This document shows positions 1-10,517 of a DNA stretch of 64,000 bases, one piece after another. Each line of letters opens with the position of its first letter. Position 1 is the stretch's first letter. The notes beneath the pieces are model-generated. The model did not search any database and was not told where the DNA came from. It saw only the letters and a program-made list of their open reading frames with translations. This DNA is from a virus. Lineage: Duplodnaviria; Heunggongvirae; Uroviricota; Caudoviricetes. The stretch lies in IMG/VR virus record IMGVR_UViG_2740892442_000004; one strand, written 5' to 3'. The position numbers were made by a program, and so were the translations under genes.

Positions 1-3000
1 GCGGAAGGTGAAAAAAGCGTTGGCATTAAGCTAACAGCAAAGAAGACCGGCGTTTATTACCGTAGCTACGAGCTGAAGCTGCCTAAGCCTGGACGCGCAT
101 ACAAGGTTCGTGTAGTCCGTATTACCGATGATAACAGTAGCCAGTATCTCTATAACGATACATGGGTGGATTCAATCGGGGAAATTGTCGATACACCGAT
201 GAACTATCCAAACTCTGTTTTGGTTGGATTGAAGGTAAACTCTGAGCAATTCGGCAGCACCATGCCATCTCGCTCTTATCTGGTGCGTGGCCTAAAAATT
301 CGAGTACCTTCAAACTATAACGAGTCCAGTAACACTTACGCTGGGGTATGGGATGGCACTTTTAAGCTGTTGTCTTCTTCGAACCCCGCGTGGATTCTCT
401 TTGATTTGCTGACCAATGCTCGATATGGCCTTGGTCAGTATGTGTCGGAATCTATGATTGACCTTGGCCAGTTGTACCAGATTGGTCGATATTGTGACGA
501 GGAGGTCGATGATGGCTTTGGTGGCAAAGAGAAACGCTTTGCAATCAATACGCAGATCACCAGTCGACAGGACGCATACCGACTAATTCAGGATATTGCT
601 GGAGCATTCCGCGGCATGGTGTTTTGGGCTGGTGGGATGGTTAACATCATGCAGGATAGCCCATCAGATCCGGTAATGATGTTTACCAACTCTAACGTCA
701 AAGATGGATTGTTTACCTATAAAGGTTCTGCGCGTAAAGATCGCCCATCCGTTGCGCTCGTAACCTACAACAACAAGGAGGACGGTTATAAGCAAAACAT
801 CGAGTACGTTGAAGATCAGGACGCAATGCGCCGTTATGGTGAGCGTAAGACAGAAGTCGTAGCATTTGGCTGTACAAGCCGAGGGCAGGCTCACCGAGTT
901 GGTTTGTGGCTTTTATATACCGCCAGAATGGAGTCGGATGTAATTACATTTACTGCCGGCTTAGACGCGTCATTTCTGATGCCTGGTGAAACCGTTCTGA
1001 TTCAGAACAAATATCGCGCAGGCAAACGTAACTCAGGTCGAATTGTGGCGTTTACCAAAAACAGCGTCACACTCGATGCGCCTGTGTCGTTAGCCAAAGG
1101 CGGCTGCTTTATTCGAATACTGAATCAGGAAGGCAAAATCGTTGAACGCGATGTTCTTGAAACTGGCGAAAATATAACAAAAGTTACGTTTTCAAAAGCC
1201 CTGTCTTCGGCTGAAACGCCTGTTTTGAACGGCGTCTGGACTATTACAGAACCAGACCTCGAACCTATGCGCGTTCGCATCGTTAACATCGCGCAGGGGG
1301 AAACGCCGGGTAGCTTTGACATCACCGCTGTTGAGAACAATCCGTCTAAATATGAGGCGATCGACAATGGTGCAACGCTTATCCCGCAAAATACGACGGT
1401 ATTGGACCCGACTTACTCCAAGCCGTCTAATTTGCAAATCACCGAAGGGACTTATCTCTCAAGCCCTGGCAACCTGTCAGTAAAACTGACTGCAACATGG
1501 GAAGGGAAATCTCCAGAGTATTGGATCAGTTGGCGACGTTCTGATGAAAACAATGTATCGAACTGGCAATCGGCGCGTGTAACCGAAGAGCAATACGAAA
1601 TCGTTAATGTTGCGGAGAATGGACGCTACGACTTCCAGCTGTATGCGGTTTCATTCAACGGTAAAAAAACAGAGATTATCAGTACCGTTTATCAGGTGCT
1701 GGGCACAATGACACCGCCAGATGCCCCAACGTCATTAACGGCCGTTGGAGACTATCGTAATGTGATACTGAATTGGGTTAATCCAGATTCGGTAGACCTT
1801 GATCACATTAATGTTTACGCGTCCCAGACCAATAATCTGGATACGGCGAAACTGATCGCAGAGTCTGCAAGCACCACCTTTACACATGCTGGTCTTGGGG
1901 ATAGCGAAACGTGGTATTACTGGGTTCGAGCATCGAACAAGCGAGGTATGTTAAGTCCTCCGAACTCAAACTTGGGTACAGAGGCGACAACTCGCGATGT
2001 ACTGTCGTTCCTGACTGGCAAAATTACATCTTCCGAGCTTGGTCAGGCTCTGCTTGAGGACATCAACAGCAAAGCCTCTCAAGAAGCCGTTGACGAGTTA
2101 AATGAGCATATCAACCAGAGCGTCGAATCTTTGGAGGGGGCGGTAAACGACGTTAAGGAAGATATAGCTGAATTAGATAAGCAGTTCAGCGATAACCTCG
2201 CGGATTTTGAAATAAAATTCAACGAGCGTAGCGATGCTTTGGAGAACGCACAAACCGAGCTTAAAGGTGAGGTTTCGGCAACGATCGACAAGGTCAATGA
2301 AGCGTTTGAAAAAATTGATGCTACTGATGCTGCAATTGTTGAAATCGAAAATACCGTATCTGAACACGATAAAGCTCTCGCTAATACAGTCGAGGCAATA
2401 AAGGCTGCAAGAGATGAAGCGGCGGCTCTTATTGCTAAGGAAAGCGAGGCTCGTGTTGAAGGCGATGCTGCAAACGCTAAACAACTGGAAGTGTTGCAGT
2501 CAACGGTAGAGGAAAGCTCCGCTGCCGTTGAAGAAATGAAAAAGACGGTTGCAGAGGTCGATCGTGCAAGTGCAGAACTGACTACGAACATTGAGGCGTT
2601 AGCCAAAACAAATATTGACCTGGCTCTTCGTCAAGATGAAGACCAGCACAAGCAGATGGTCAATAACGCGAAGATCGCAACAACACAGAAAACCTTTGCT
2701 GATGATATGTCTGCAATGGCTACGAAGGTTGAAGAAATTCGCGTAGAAATTGGCGAAGACATTAAGGCCAGTATTCTGGAAGAGTCCACCGCGCGTGCCG
2801 ATGGCGATGAAGCGTTAGCAAAGCGTGTCACTCAGCTGCAATCTAAGTTTGAAGGAGATATCAGCGCGGCGATTAGTACAGAACAGGAGGCTCGTACATC
2901 TGCCGATGAAGCTTTGACGAAACAAATAACTCAGCTTGAGTCGAAAGTAAGCAACGATATTGTCGCAGCCATTAAGGAAGAGCAAGAAGCCCGAGCAACG

Positions 3001-4215
3001 GAAGATTCGGCTCTGGCAAGCCAGATCACCCAACTTCAGGCAAAAGTTGATGATGATATTTCTGCTGCAATACGCAGTGAGCAGGAGGCTCGTGCGAGCG
3101 GAGACTCTGCGTTAGCTAAACAAATAAACCAGCTTCAAGCAAAGGTTGACGGTGATATATCCGCCGCCATCACTCAGGAGCAGGAGGCCAGAGCAAGTGC
3201 TGACGAGGCGCTCTCACGAGAAATTAACAGCCTGCGAGCACAGACCGGAACTGATATTGCCGCAGCGGTTGCTGTAGAGACAAAGGCAAGGACTGATGCC
3301 GATAGTGCATTGTCCACTCAGATTACGTCTCTTACAGCAAAAGCTAATGATCTCGAGGCATCTCTTGCCAGAGAAACAACGGCTCGTGCAGATGGTGATA
3401 CCGCTTTAACAAAAGAGGTTTCAAGTTTAAAAGCACAGACTGCGAAAGATATTAGTGCGGCCGTTGCAGTTGAAACGCAGGCTCGAACTGATGCTGACTC
3501 GGCGTTGTCATCTCAGATCACCAAGCTGACCTCTCAATACAAAGAGGATATTAAAGCGGCTGTAGCAACCGAAACGAAAACGCGTACAGAGCAAGATGCT
3601 GCATTGGCGACTCAAATCACAAACTTAGAGTCTCAAACGGCAGCCAACATTTCCGCGGCGGTAACAACTGAAACGACAGCGAGAACGCAGGCAGATAATG
3701 CTCTGAGTGGGCGAATCGATACTCTGAAAGCAGAGGTGGATGGAAATACCGCGATAATTCAACAGCAGGCAACAGCTATTGCTGATACCAACAAAAAAGT
3801 ATCAACCGCGTGGACGTTGAAAATGGAGACTTCAACGAGCGGAGGGCAGAAGTATGTTGCCGGTATTGCGCTTGGTATTGACACCACTGGGCTATCTCAG
3901 TTTTTGGTTCAGGCGGACAGGTTTGGTTTGGTCAACTCTGTTAACGGGAAGATCACAACGCCATTTGTTATCGAAAACAGTATCGCCTATATGAATGGAG
4001 CGTATATCAAGGATGGCACAATCACCAATGCAAAAGTAGGCGATCTGCAATCTACCAATTTTGTTAGCGGTAGATCTGGATGGCGGTTCGGCAAAAATGG
4101 AACGCTTGAGATCAACGGTAATAGCGGCGGCAATGGGCGATTGGTTATAAATGGTCAGCGGATTGACGTTTATGACGATAACAACGTCCTACGAGTAAGA
4201 ATTGGCCGTCTGTGA
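1..4215 (+). CDS. Tail tip / host-specificity protein, lambda gpJ-like (5' end cut by window edge)
   Basis: Frame is open from nt 1 into the 166-4215 ORF. Segment WDGTFKLLSSSNPAWILFDLLTNARYGLGQY...AFGCTSRGQAHRVGLWLLYT matches the conserved core of lambda J-type central fibre proteins (recalled, not searched). C-terminal third is tandem 33-36 aa repeats. Confidence 0.8.
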   Translation, partial: AEGEKSVGIKLTAKKTGVYYRSYELKLPKPGRAYKVRVVRITDDNSSQYLYNDTWVDSIGEIVDTPMNYPNSVLVGLKVNSEQFGSTMPSRSYLVRGLKIRVPSNYNESSNTYAGVWDGTFKLLSSSNPAWILFDLLTNARYGLGQYVSESMIDLGQLYQIGRYCDEEVDDGFGGKEKRFAINTQITSRQDAYRLIQDIAGAFRGMVFWAGGMVNIMQDSPSDPVMMFTNSNVKDGLFTYKGSARKDRPSVALVTYNNKEDGYKQNIEYVEDQDAMRRYGERKTEVVAFGCTSRGQAHRVGLWLLYTARMESDVITFTAGLDASFLMPGETVLIQNKYRAGKRNSGRIVAFTKNSVTLDAPVSLAKGGCFIRILNQEGKIVERDVLETGENITKVTFSKALSSAETPVLNGVWTITEPDLEPMRVRIVNIAQGETPGSFDITAVENNPSKYEAIDNGATLIPQNTTVLDPTYSKPSNLQITEGTYLSSPGNLSVKLTATWEGKSPEYWISWRRSDENNVSNWQSARVTEEQYEIVNVAENGRYDFQLYAVSFNGKKTEIISTVYQVLGTMTPPDAPTSLTAVGDYRNVILNWVNPDSVDLDHINVYASQTNNLDTAKLIAESASTTFTHAGLGDSETWYYWVRASNKRGMLSPPNSNLGTEATTRDVLSFLTGKITSSELGQALLEDINSKASQEAVDELNEHINQSVESLEGAVNDVKEDIAELDKQFSDNLADFEIKFNERSDALENAQTELKGEVSATIDKVNEAFEKIDATDAAIVEIENTVSEHDKALANTVEAIKAARDEAAALIAKESEARVEGDAANAKQLEVLQSTVEESSAAVEEMKKTVAEVDRASAELTTNIEALAKTNIDLALRQDEDQHKQMVNNAKIATTQKTFADDMSAMATKVEEIRVEIGEDIKASILEESTARADGDEALAKRVTQLQSKFEGDISAAISTEQEARTSADEALTKQITQLESKVSNDIVAAIKEEQEARATEDSALASQITQLQAKVDDDISAAIRSEQEARASGDSALAKQINQLQAKVDGDISAAITQEQEARASADEALSREINSLRAQTGTDIAAAVAVETKARTDADSALSTQITSLTAKANDLEASLARETTARADGDTALTKEVSSLKAQTAKDISAAVAVETQARTDADSALSSQITKLTSQYKEDIKAAVATETKTRTEQDAALATQITNLESQTAANISAAVTTETTARTQADNALSGRIDTLKAEVDGNTAIIQQQATAIADTNKKVSTAWTLKMETSTSGGQKYVAGIALGIDTTGLSQFLVQADRFGLVNSVNGKITTPFVIENSIAYMNGAYIKDGTITNAKVGDLQSTNFVSGRSGWRFGKNGTLEINGNSGGNGRLVINGQRIDVYDDNNVLRVRIGRL
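2855..3745 (+). repeat. Tandem ~99-108 bp in-frame repeats (about 9 units) inside the J-like gene
   Basis: Units begin GATAT(T/C) at about 2855, 2947, 3055, 3154, 3253, 3439, 3547, 3646; they encode DISAAI..EQEAR(A/T)SADxAL..QI(T/N)QLQAKVD coiled-coil-like units. Confidence 0.7.
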
Positions 4216-4397
4216 TGGTGGAAAAAAATTTTTATATCGGTAAAAATAGGTAAGTATTTACCTAATGGCGGGCAAGGATAGCCCGCCAAATCAAGGAGCA
4301 TATTCAACATGTGGTACAGGGAAGGTACTATCACATTTACACAGGGTAGCAATACTCTGGTTGGGGCAGGGACAGCTGGAACGTAACAGCTAATGGT

Positions 4398-7300
4398 GTG
4401 TTGCCGGGGATGATCGTCATTGGCCCCGACAATAAGCTGTATGAGATCAAGCGCGTAACCAGTGATACGAACATTGTTCTCTCAGAACCTTATACCGGCG
4501 AAACTCAGTCTGAAGTTCCGTGCCGAATCATTACGACCTATGAAGGCGACTTAACACAGTTTAGCGCGCGCTTTACTGCGCTAATGTCGCGTATGTCGGC
4601 TGATTCCAAGTCCATGCGCAGTTGGTTGACTGCGCTGGATGAGGTGACAATCGAGCGTGAAGACGGTACAGAAGTGACCGTTAAGCCGCTAATGCAGATC
4701 GTCAACGAGCACAACGAAAACGTTGAGTGGTATAAAAATAACACTGACGCGATTGATGCTGCTGGCGACAAAGCTCGTGAGGCGGCGGCCAGTGCTGCCG
4801 CAGCAGCAGAAAGCGCCAATACCGCTGGAGAAAAAGCCTCTCAAGCGTCTCAAAGTGCATCCGCTGCGGCATCCTCACAAAGTGCCGCAAGTGCGAGTGC
4901 AACTGCTGCGAAAAAATCTGAAACGAATGCCGCAGCGTCACAACAATCAGCAGCCACTTCTGCATCCACCGCGACCACGAAAGCGTCAGAAGCTGCCACC
5001 TCAGCCCGGGATGCGGCGGCCTCAAAAGAGGCAGCGAAATCATCAGAAACGAACGCATCCTTGAGCGCCAGTAGCGCAGCTTCCTCGGCAACGGCGGCAG
5101 GAAATTCCGCGAAGGCGGCAAAAACGTCCGAGACGAACGCCAGGTCTTCTGAGACGGCAGCGGGACAGAGCGCCTCAGCTGCGGCAGGCTCAAAAACAGC
5201 GGCTGCGTCGTCTGCCAGTGCCGCGTCAACAAGTGCCGGGCAGGCCTCAGCCAGTGCCACCGCCGCCGGAAAATCGGCAGAAAGCGCCGCATCATCCGCT
5301 TCAACAGCCACAACGAAGGCTGGCGAAGCCACTGAACAGGCCAGCTCAGCAGCGAGGTCTGCTTCCGCAGCGAAGACATCCGAAACGAACGCGAAAGCGT
5401 CGGAAACCAGCGCAGAATCCTCAAAAACGGCTGCCGCATCGTCCGCCAGTTCGGCGGCGTCATCGGCATCATCTGCGTCTGCTTCAAAAGATGAGGCGAC
5501 CAGACAGGCGTCAGCAGCGAAGGGCAGTGCCACGACGGCATCCACGAAAGCAACAGAGGCGGCAGGCAGTGCGACGGCAGCATCTCAGAGCAAAACTGCT
5601 GCTGAATCCGCTGCGACCCGTGCGGAAGCTGCTGCTGATCGTGCTGAAGAGATTGCCGGTGCAGTTGCGATGGAAGACGCAAGCCTTACAACTAAAGGTG
5701 TTGTGAAACTTAGCAGTGCTGTCGACAGCACCAGTGAATCGCTGGCCGCAACGCCAAAAGCAGTTAAAGCAGCCAATGACAATGCGAATAGCAGGGTGCC
5801 ATCTAACCGAAAAGTTAACGGTAAAGCACTGACTGCGGATATCACATTAACGCCGAAAGATATTGGTACTTTAAATTCAGTAACGATGTCTTTCTCTGGC
5901 GGGGCTGGGTGGTTCAAACTGGCTACGGTTACCATGCCACAAGCGAGTTCCATCGTTTACATCGCATTGATTGGTGGCGCTGGTTACAACGTCGGCTCCC
6001 CACATCAGGCAGGCATTTCAGAACTGGTTCTACGAGCAGGCAATGGAAACCCCAAAGGGATTACAGGTGCTTTGTGGAAGCGTACAGCTGTCGGATTAAC
6101 GAATTTCGCCTGGATCAACACATCCGGCGATACATATGATATTTACGTTGAGATTGGCAATTATGCGACGAGTGTAAATATCCATTGGGATTGTACTGCA
6201 AATGCGACAGTTTCTATTTATACATCGCCAACATATTCAGCGAGTAAGCCTTCCAGCGTTACCGATGGTGTTGTTTATACGATGTATAGCACACATCAGA
6301 AACCGACGCCGTTAGATATTGGTGCACTGCCAACAACCGGAGGAACAGTTTCAGGTCCGTTGTCTGTTACTGGTGGGATCACCGGAACATTAAATGGTAA
6401 TGCAAGTACAGCAACGAAATTGCAGACGGCAAGATCTATCGGTGGAGTTGGTTTCGACGGTTCTGCAAATATCAACCTTCCAGGTGTAAATACTACGGGT
6501 AATCAGAACACCACTGGTAATGCTGCAACTGCTACAAAACTTCAGACGGCAAGAACTATCGGCGGCGTGAGCTTTGATGGTACTGCGAATATTAATTTGC
6601 CAGGTGTTAATACGACTGGTAATCAGAATACAACGGGCAACGCGGCTACTGCTACGAAGTTGCAGACTGCGCGTACTATTAATGGGGTGTCGTTTGACGG
6701 CTCGGCAAATATTTCCTTGTCGCCAGCAAATATAGGTTGCCCGGCATCTCCTACTGGTTGGTTAACTACAGGAAGTAATGGCGGAGCAATAACAACAGCA
6801 CAGTTAGTGACGTTATTGCAAAATAATGGAGCATTTAACACAAAGTCATGGATTGCTCGATGTGCGTGGGCCTATGCCAATAGTGCAACCATACCAAATA
6901 GTGAAACTGGTTGTGGCGTTATTCCATTGGCAGGAGCTGTTATAGAGGTATTTAATAACGGTAGTAGCTCAAACAATTATACGATCCGTATAACAACGGC
7001 CACAACGACGAGTGTCTCTGGTGCTCTCACTAATGCGGAGTTTATCTATGTATTTAATGGCACAGATTATTCTCCAGGATGGCGAAGAGTATATAACACG
7101 AAAAACAAACCAACAGCCTCTGATGTCGGTGCATTACCTCTTACCGGTGGTACATTATCTGGAGGTTTGACATCTTCTGGCGAGATCATTTCAAAATATG
7201 CAAATGGTTTCCGCATTGCTTACGGTAGCTTTGGGTTCTTTATCCGTAATGATGGATCGAACACATATTTCATGCTAACAGCATCAGGAGACACATTAGG

Positions 7301-7886
7301 TTCATGGAACGGTTTGCGACCTATTACAATTAATAATACCAGCGGTGCTGTATCAATTGGTAATGGACTAAATGTGACTGGTGGCGTAAATGGTAGTTTG
7401 AACGGTAATGCTTCAACAGCTACGAAGTTGCAAACAGCGAGAAACATCAATGGTGTTAAGTTTGATGGCTCAGGCGATATCAACATTAATACATTGGTAT
7501 CTCGTGGCCGAGTTACGGCGTTAAGCGGTTCTGCTCAAGGTACTGCTGGCATTCAAATGTACGAGGCGTACAGCAATAGCTACCCGACCACGTATGGCAA
7601 CGTATTGCACATGAAAGGTGCGAGTGCTGCTGGTGAGGGCGAGTTGCTTATTGGCTGGAGTGGTACGAGCGGTGCACATGCGCCGGTTTTCATTCGCTCC
7701 CGAAGAGATACCACTGGTGCGGCATGGTCAGCGTGGGCGCAGGTATATACCGCTAAGGATTCAATACCTGGTGTGAATACAACCGGTAATCAGAACACTA
7801 CTGGTAATGCTGCCACCGCCACAAAATTGCAGACAGCAAGGAAAATTGCTGGTGTGGCGTTTGATGCTCTGCCGATATTACTTTGA
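4398..7886 (+). CDS. Side tail fibre protein (Stf-like), main part; reading frame breaks near 7865
   Basis: Ala/Ser-rich KxSETNA low-complexity N-terminal region typical of lambdoid side tail fibres; repeated fibre motif (GNASTATKLQTAR.I.GV.FDG.ANI) several times. ORF ends ...GVAFDALPILL* where the repeat consensus expects GVAFDGSADI, indicating a 1-nt deletion. Confidence 0.75.
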   Translation: MLPGMIVIGPDNKLYEIKRVTSDTNIVLSEPYTGETQSEVPCRIITTYEGDLTQFSARFTALMSRMSADSKSMRSWLTALDEVTIEREDGTEVTVKPLMQIVNEHNENVEWYKNNTDAIDAAGDKAREAAASAAAAAESANTAGEKASQASQSASAAASSQSAASASATAAKKSETNAAASQQSAATSASTATTKASEAATSARDAAASKEAAKSSETNASLSASSAASSATAAGNSAKAAKTSETNARSSETAAGQSASAAAGSKTAAASSASAASTSAGQASASATAAGKSAESAASSASTATTKAGEATEQASSAARSASAAKTSETNAKASETSAESSKTAAASSASSAASSASSASASKDEATRQASAAKGSATTASTKATEAAGSATAASQSKTAAESAATRAEAAADRAEEIAGAVAMEDASLTTKGVVKLSSAVDSTSESLAATPKAVKAANDNANSRVPSNRKVNGKALTADITLTPKDIGTLNSVTMSFSGGAGWFKLATVTMPQASSIVYIALIGGAGYNVGSPHQAGISELVLRAGNGNPKGITGALWKRTAVGLTNFAWINTSGDTYDIYVEIGNYATSVNIHWDCTANATVSIYTSPTYSASKPSSVTDGVVYTMYSTHQKPTPLDIGALPTTGGTVSGPLSVTGGITGTLNGNASTATKLQTARSIGGVGFDGSANINLPGVNTTGNQNTTGNAATATKLQTARTIGGVSFDGTANINLPGVNTTGNQNTTGNAATATKLQTARTINGVSFDGSANISLSPANIGCPASPTGWLTTGSNGGAITTAQLVTLLQNNGAFNTKSWIARCAWAYANSATIPNSETGCGVIPLAGAVIEVFNNGSSSNNYTIRITTATTTSVSGALTNAEFIYVFNGTDYSPGWRRVYNTKNKPTASDVGALPLTGGTLSGGLTSSGEIISKYANGFRIAYGSFGFFIRNDGSNTYFMLTASGDTLGSWNGLRPITINNTSGAVSIGNGLNVTGGVNGSLNGNASTATKLQTARNINGVKFDGSGDININTLVSRGRVTALSGSAQGTAGIQMYEAYSNSYPTTYGNVLHMKGASAAGEGELLIGWSGTSGAHAPVFIRSRRDTTGAAWSAWAQVYTAKDSIPGVNTTGNQNTTGNAATATKLQTARKIAGVAFDALPILL

Positions 7887-8335
7887 CTGCGGCTAACCTT
7901 AATGCCTATACGAAAACAGAGGTAACAAACCTTCTAAGTTCCTATGTGAAGAGCAGTGCTCTTCCAAGTATGACTGTGCGAACTTCCTCTGTTTCAGGTG
8001 GGGATATGGGCATGAGTTTGTCCACATTCATTAGCCACCTAAAATCAAATGGGGCGTTTAGCAAAAGTTATTGGATTGGCTTTGGCGATGCTATGGGATT
8101 CAATGCTGGCAGTATCAACAATATAACGGGATTTGGTGCTGTAGAATTAGCAGAATCTATAATCGAAGTTTTTAATCTACCTAACGGTGATTATACAATT
8201 CGTTTAACAACGTCACATAAAGCTGACTACGGTGGAGTTACAAACGCAATCCTCGTTTATCACTACCGTAGTAATAGAAGTCCGTCAGGTCAATGGCTGA
8301 AATTTGCAGGTACTGTTGGGGCAACAAGTAACTGA
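7883..8335 (+). CDS. Tail fibre distal (putative receptor-binding) domain, out-of-frame continuation of 4398-7886
   Basis: Starts LTAANLNAY, the expected continuation after the broken repeat. Body NGAFSKSYWIGFG...IEVFNLPNGDYTIRLTT is paralogous to an internal segment of the upstream ORF (NGAFNTKSWIARC...IEVFNNGSSSNNYTIRITT). Confidence 0.55.
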   Translation: MTAANLNAYTKTEVTNLLSSYVKSSALPSMTVRTSSVSGGDMGMSLSTFISHLKSNGAFSKSYWIGFGDAMGFNAGSINNITGFGAVELAESIIEVFNLPNGDYTIRLTTSHKADYGGVTNAILVYHYRSNRSPSGQWLKFAGTVGATSN

Positions 8336-8525
8336 TTTAGACATTATTTATATGGCTGTGAGGTTTAAAATGCGATCTCACAGCCGCAATCATAGGGATA
8401 TATTAGTGAGTTACTAGATACGAATTTGAACAGCCGTTAAACGGTATATGCATAGGTAGGTAAGTATATACCTATAATTGAAAGGAGAAGTGTGATATAA
8501 ATCCGCCATCCCGATTTGACTTTTC

Positions 8526-8861
8526 ATGGAGGAAAACATGTCGAACGAGATGGCGGGCGTTACAACAGAGCAAGTTGAGCGTATTGCCGCGATCGTTGCT
8601 CGGGAGGTTGTTGGCAAATTAGGTAAAGAGCTACGTGAAGAAATTGGCCAGGAGGTCAATGATCAGCTGAAAACCTACTTTGGTGATATGACCCCGGCGC
8701 AACATAGTATTCAACACTCCAATCTGGACAAACTCCTTAACCGGTTAGATTCCATCTCAAGTGGGTTCTTTGGCGGCATTGTTTCTAAAATAACGTCGTT
8801 CATTATTACCGCACTGCTTTTGGGGTTAGCCGCGTATGGCGTAAAAAGTGGACTGCAATAA
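8526..8861 (+). CDS. Small membrane protein, candidate holin
   Basis: 111 aa with a single hydrophobic C-terminal segment ITSFIITALLLGLAAYGV; first gene of a block followed by a hydrolase-like ORF and an Rz/Rz1-like pair. No family recognised. Confidence 0.3.
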   Translation: MEENMSNEMAGVTTEQVERIAAIVAREVVGKLGKELREEIGQEVNDQLKTYFGDMTPAQHSIQHSNLDKLLNRLDSISSGFFGGIVSKITSFIITALLLGLAAYGVKSGLQ

Positions 8862-8874
8862 CAGGAGATCAAGG

Positions 8875-9567
8875 ATGAAGACTCCGAGAGGCATTCGTAA
8901 TAATAACCCCGGTAATCTTGATAAAGGATCACCGTGGCAAGGTCTGGTTGCGAATCCAGACGAACCGCGCTTTTGCACGTTTAAAGACCCTGTTTGGGGG
9001 ATTCGTGCGCTGGCGGTGACTCTAATTACCTACCACGATAAACGTCGCGCAAAAGACGGCACAAGTATCGATACCATTCGTGAAGTTATTGAACGCTGGG
9101 CACCGCCGAATGAAAACAATACTGACGCCTACATTAATGAGGTGTCTAAAGCCGTTGGTGTAACCGCAGACATGATCATCGATCTGCATGATTACGACAT
9201 CCTTCGACCTTTGGTTGAGGCAATCATTCGCCACGAGAATGGCCGAGGCCCGCTAAAAACGCTGAACACCTGGTATGCGGCAGAAGTTATTGAGGAAGGT
9301 CTGCGTCGAGCTGGCGTTGTTAAGCCGGTGAAAACCGTGAAGGCTGTTCCTGTAACTAAAGAAACCGCAGGCGCAACTGTTACAGCAGGTATTGGTCTGG
9401 CGCAGCTGGCCGATGTTATGCCGCAGGTTTCCGCTGCTATGGATAAAGCACAAGGTCATATCTCTAGCGGGGATACAGTACGCATCATCTTCGGTATTGC
9501 CACTATTGTTGTGGCAGGATTCATTGCCTGGTCGCAGGTAAGAAAACACCAGAAAGGGATGGTCTAA
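8875..9567 (+). CDS. Putative endolysin / cell-wall hydrolase (family not assigned)
   Basis: AGGAG ribosome-binding site upstream of ATG 8875; N-terminal GIRNNNPGNL motif; lysis-cassette position between holin-like ORF and spanins; C-terminal hydrophobic helix. Confidence 0.35.
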   Translation: MKTPRGIRNNNPGNLDKGSPWQGLVANPDEPRFCTFKDPVWGIRALAVTLITYHDKRRAKDGTSIDTIREVIERWAPPNENNTDAYINEVSKAVGVTADMIIDLHDYDILRPLVEAIIRHENGRGPLKTLNTWYAAEVIEEGLRRAGVVKPVKTVKAVPVTKETAGATVTAGIGLAQLADVMPQVSAAMDKAQGHISSGDTVRIIFGIATIVVAGFIAWSQVRKHQKGMV

Positions 9568-9568
9568 T

Positions 9569-9820
9569 ATGCTAGGCAGCCTGATGACAAAGCTAAAAGT
9601 TGCTTTGATTACGCTGGCTGCCGTTCTTTTCGTTCTTGTCGGCGCTTACACGATGGGCGGGAATGCGGCGCGACGAGCAATGGAAGAGAAGGCAAAACAG
9701 GAAGACAGAAAACGACTTCAAAACACAGTGAAAGTGGTGAATGAGACGAGCAGTAAAATACGTCAGAAAGATGCTTCTGCCGTTCATCGTGAGTTGTATG
9801 ATAAGTGGGTGCGTCATTAA
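9569..9820 (+). CDS. Inner-membrane spanin (Rz-like)
   Basis: 83 aa; N-terminal TM helix ALITLAAVLFVLVGAY then a charged periplasmic region; contains an embedded lipoprotein ORF in another frame. Confidence 0.6.
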   Translation: MLGSLMTKLKVALITLAAVLFVLVGAYTMGGNAARRAMEEKAKQEDRKRLQNTVKVVNETSSKIRQKDASAVHRELYDKWVRH

Positions 9821-9956
9821 ACCACAAACAGCCAGCGTGTTGTTCTGCGATGGGGCTGAGCCTATCTATATCAGCAATAATGATGTAATGACTGAAGAAA
9901 CCGAACGCCAAATCCTTTTTCACAATACGATGGGAGAGAGGGTTTGTGGTTGGTGA
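9771..9956 (+). CDS. Outer-membrane lipoprotein spanin (Rz1-like), overlapping the Rz-like gene
   Basis: Signal peptide MLLPFIVSCMISG/C with lipobox Cys; short Cys-containing mature peptide; overlapped Rz/Rz1 architecture (longest ORF 9741-9956). Confidence 0.55.
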   Translation: MLLPFIVSCMISGCVIKPQTASVLFCDGAEPIYISNNDVMTEETERQILFHNTMGERVCGW

Positions 9957-9972
9957 TGTCGAAGTTCCCCTC

Positions 9973-9998
9973 AAATGAGGGGAACACATTATTCTTCG
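9973..9998 (+). terminator. Rho-independent terminator after lysis cassette
   Basis: GTTCCCCTCA-aat-GAGGGGAAC hairpin followed by a T-rich tract. Confidence 0.5.
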
Positions 9999-10510
9999 AA
10001 CAATTTTTCGATAGATTTTGTAGGATAGAACAAAGAACGCTCGTTGTTACCAACCAGCTGGATAAAGCCTAAACTTTTATAAAACGCCTTGGCTTTGTCA
10101 TTTAACGCCTCAACGAAAAGTCCATGAATGCCTACAGCAAGAGATGCATTGTACACAACGCGCATTGCATGTGTTACAAGCATTGAGCCAAATCCTTGAC
10201 CTTGAAGGGACTTGTCCAAAGCCAGCCTACCCAAAGTAACACTTGGAACATTCCGATAAGGAACCTTCTTTTGTTTGCTTCTTGAAGGTAAGGACTCCTT
10301 TTCAAAACAACTACCTGACAAAGTGTAATATCCTAACACTTTTGGCCTTTCTTCTTGAGTGCAAAGCACATAAGCACGAAGAATTTTTCCCTCATGCTGC
10401 CTTTTTAAGTGGTTGGCTAAAAAGGCGTTTAGTGACTCTTCGCCGCAATCAAAACCGTTTAGATCATAATCTTTCTCTCCAGAGAAAATCTCTATCGTTG
10501 TATTGCTCAC
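9989..10510 (-). CDS. GNAT-family acetyltransferase toxin (TacT/AtaT-like type II TA toxin)
   Basis: 173 aa; GTG start with GGAG ribosome-binding site; motif RLALDKSLQGQGFGSMLV...AVGIHGLFVEALNDKAKAFYKSLGF characteristic of GNAT toxins; directly downstream of a DUF1778-like gene. Confidence 0.8.
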   Translation of the reverse strand: MSNTTIEIFSGEKDYDLNGFDCGEESLNAFLANHLKRQHEGKILRAYVLCTQEERPKVLGYYTLSGSCFEKESLPSRSKQKKVPYRNVPSVTLGRLALDKSLQGQGFGSMLVTHAMRVVYNASLAVGIHGLFVEALNDKAKAFYKSLGFIQLVGNNERSLFYPTKSIEKLFEE

Positions 10511-10517
10511 GAGTAAA

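Noticed and set aside
122-313. 63-aa minus-strand ORF at the window start
   Set aside because: Antisense to the conserved J-like coding region.
2079-3033. Antisense ORFs (2079-2606, 2173-2484, 2631-2831, 2815-3033) inside the J-like gene
   Set aside because: They overlap the tandem coiled-coil repeat region of a well-supported gene and have no ribosome-binding sites; artefacts of repetitive GC-balanced sequence.
4538-5953. Several long ORFs on both strands (4538-4819, 4702-5682, 4723-5064, 4850-5545, 5218-5706, 5585-5953) overlapping the tail fibre gene
   Set aside because: They lie entirely within the Ala/Ser-rich low-complexity repeat region of the fibre gene, where any frame stays open; their translations are Pro/Arg/Gln- or Ala/Asp-rich with no start context.
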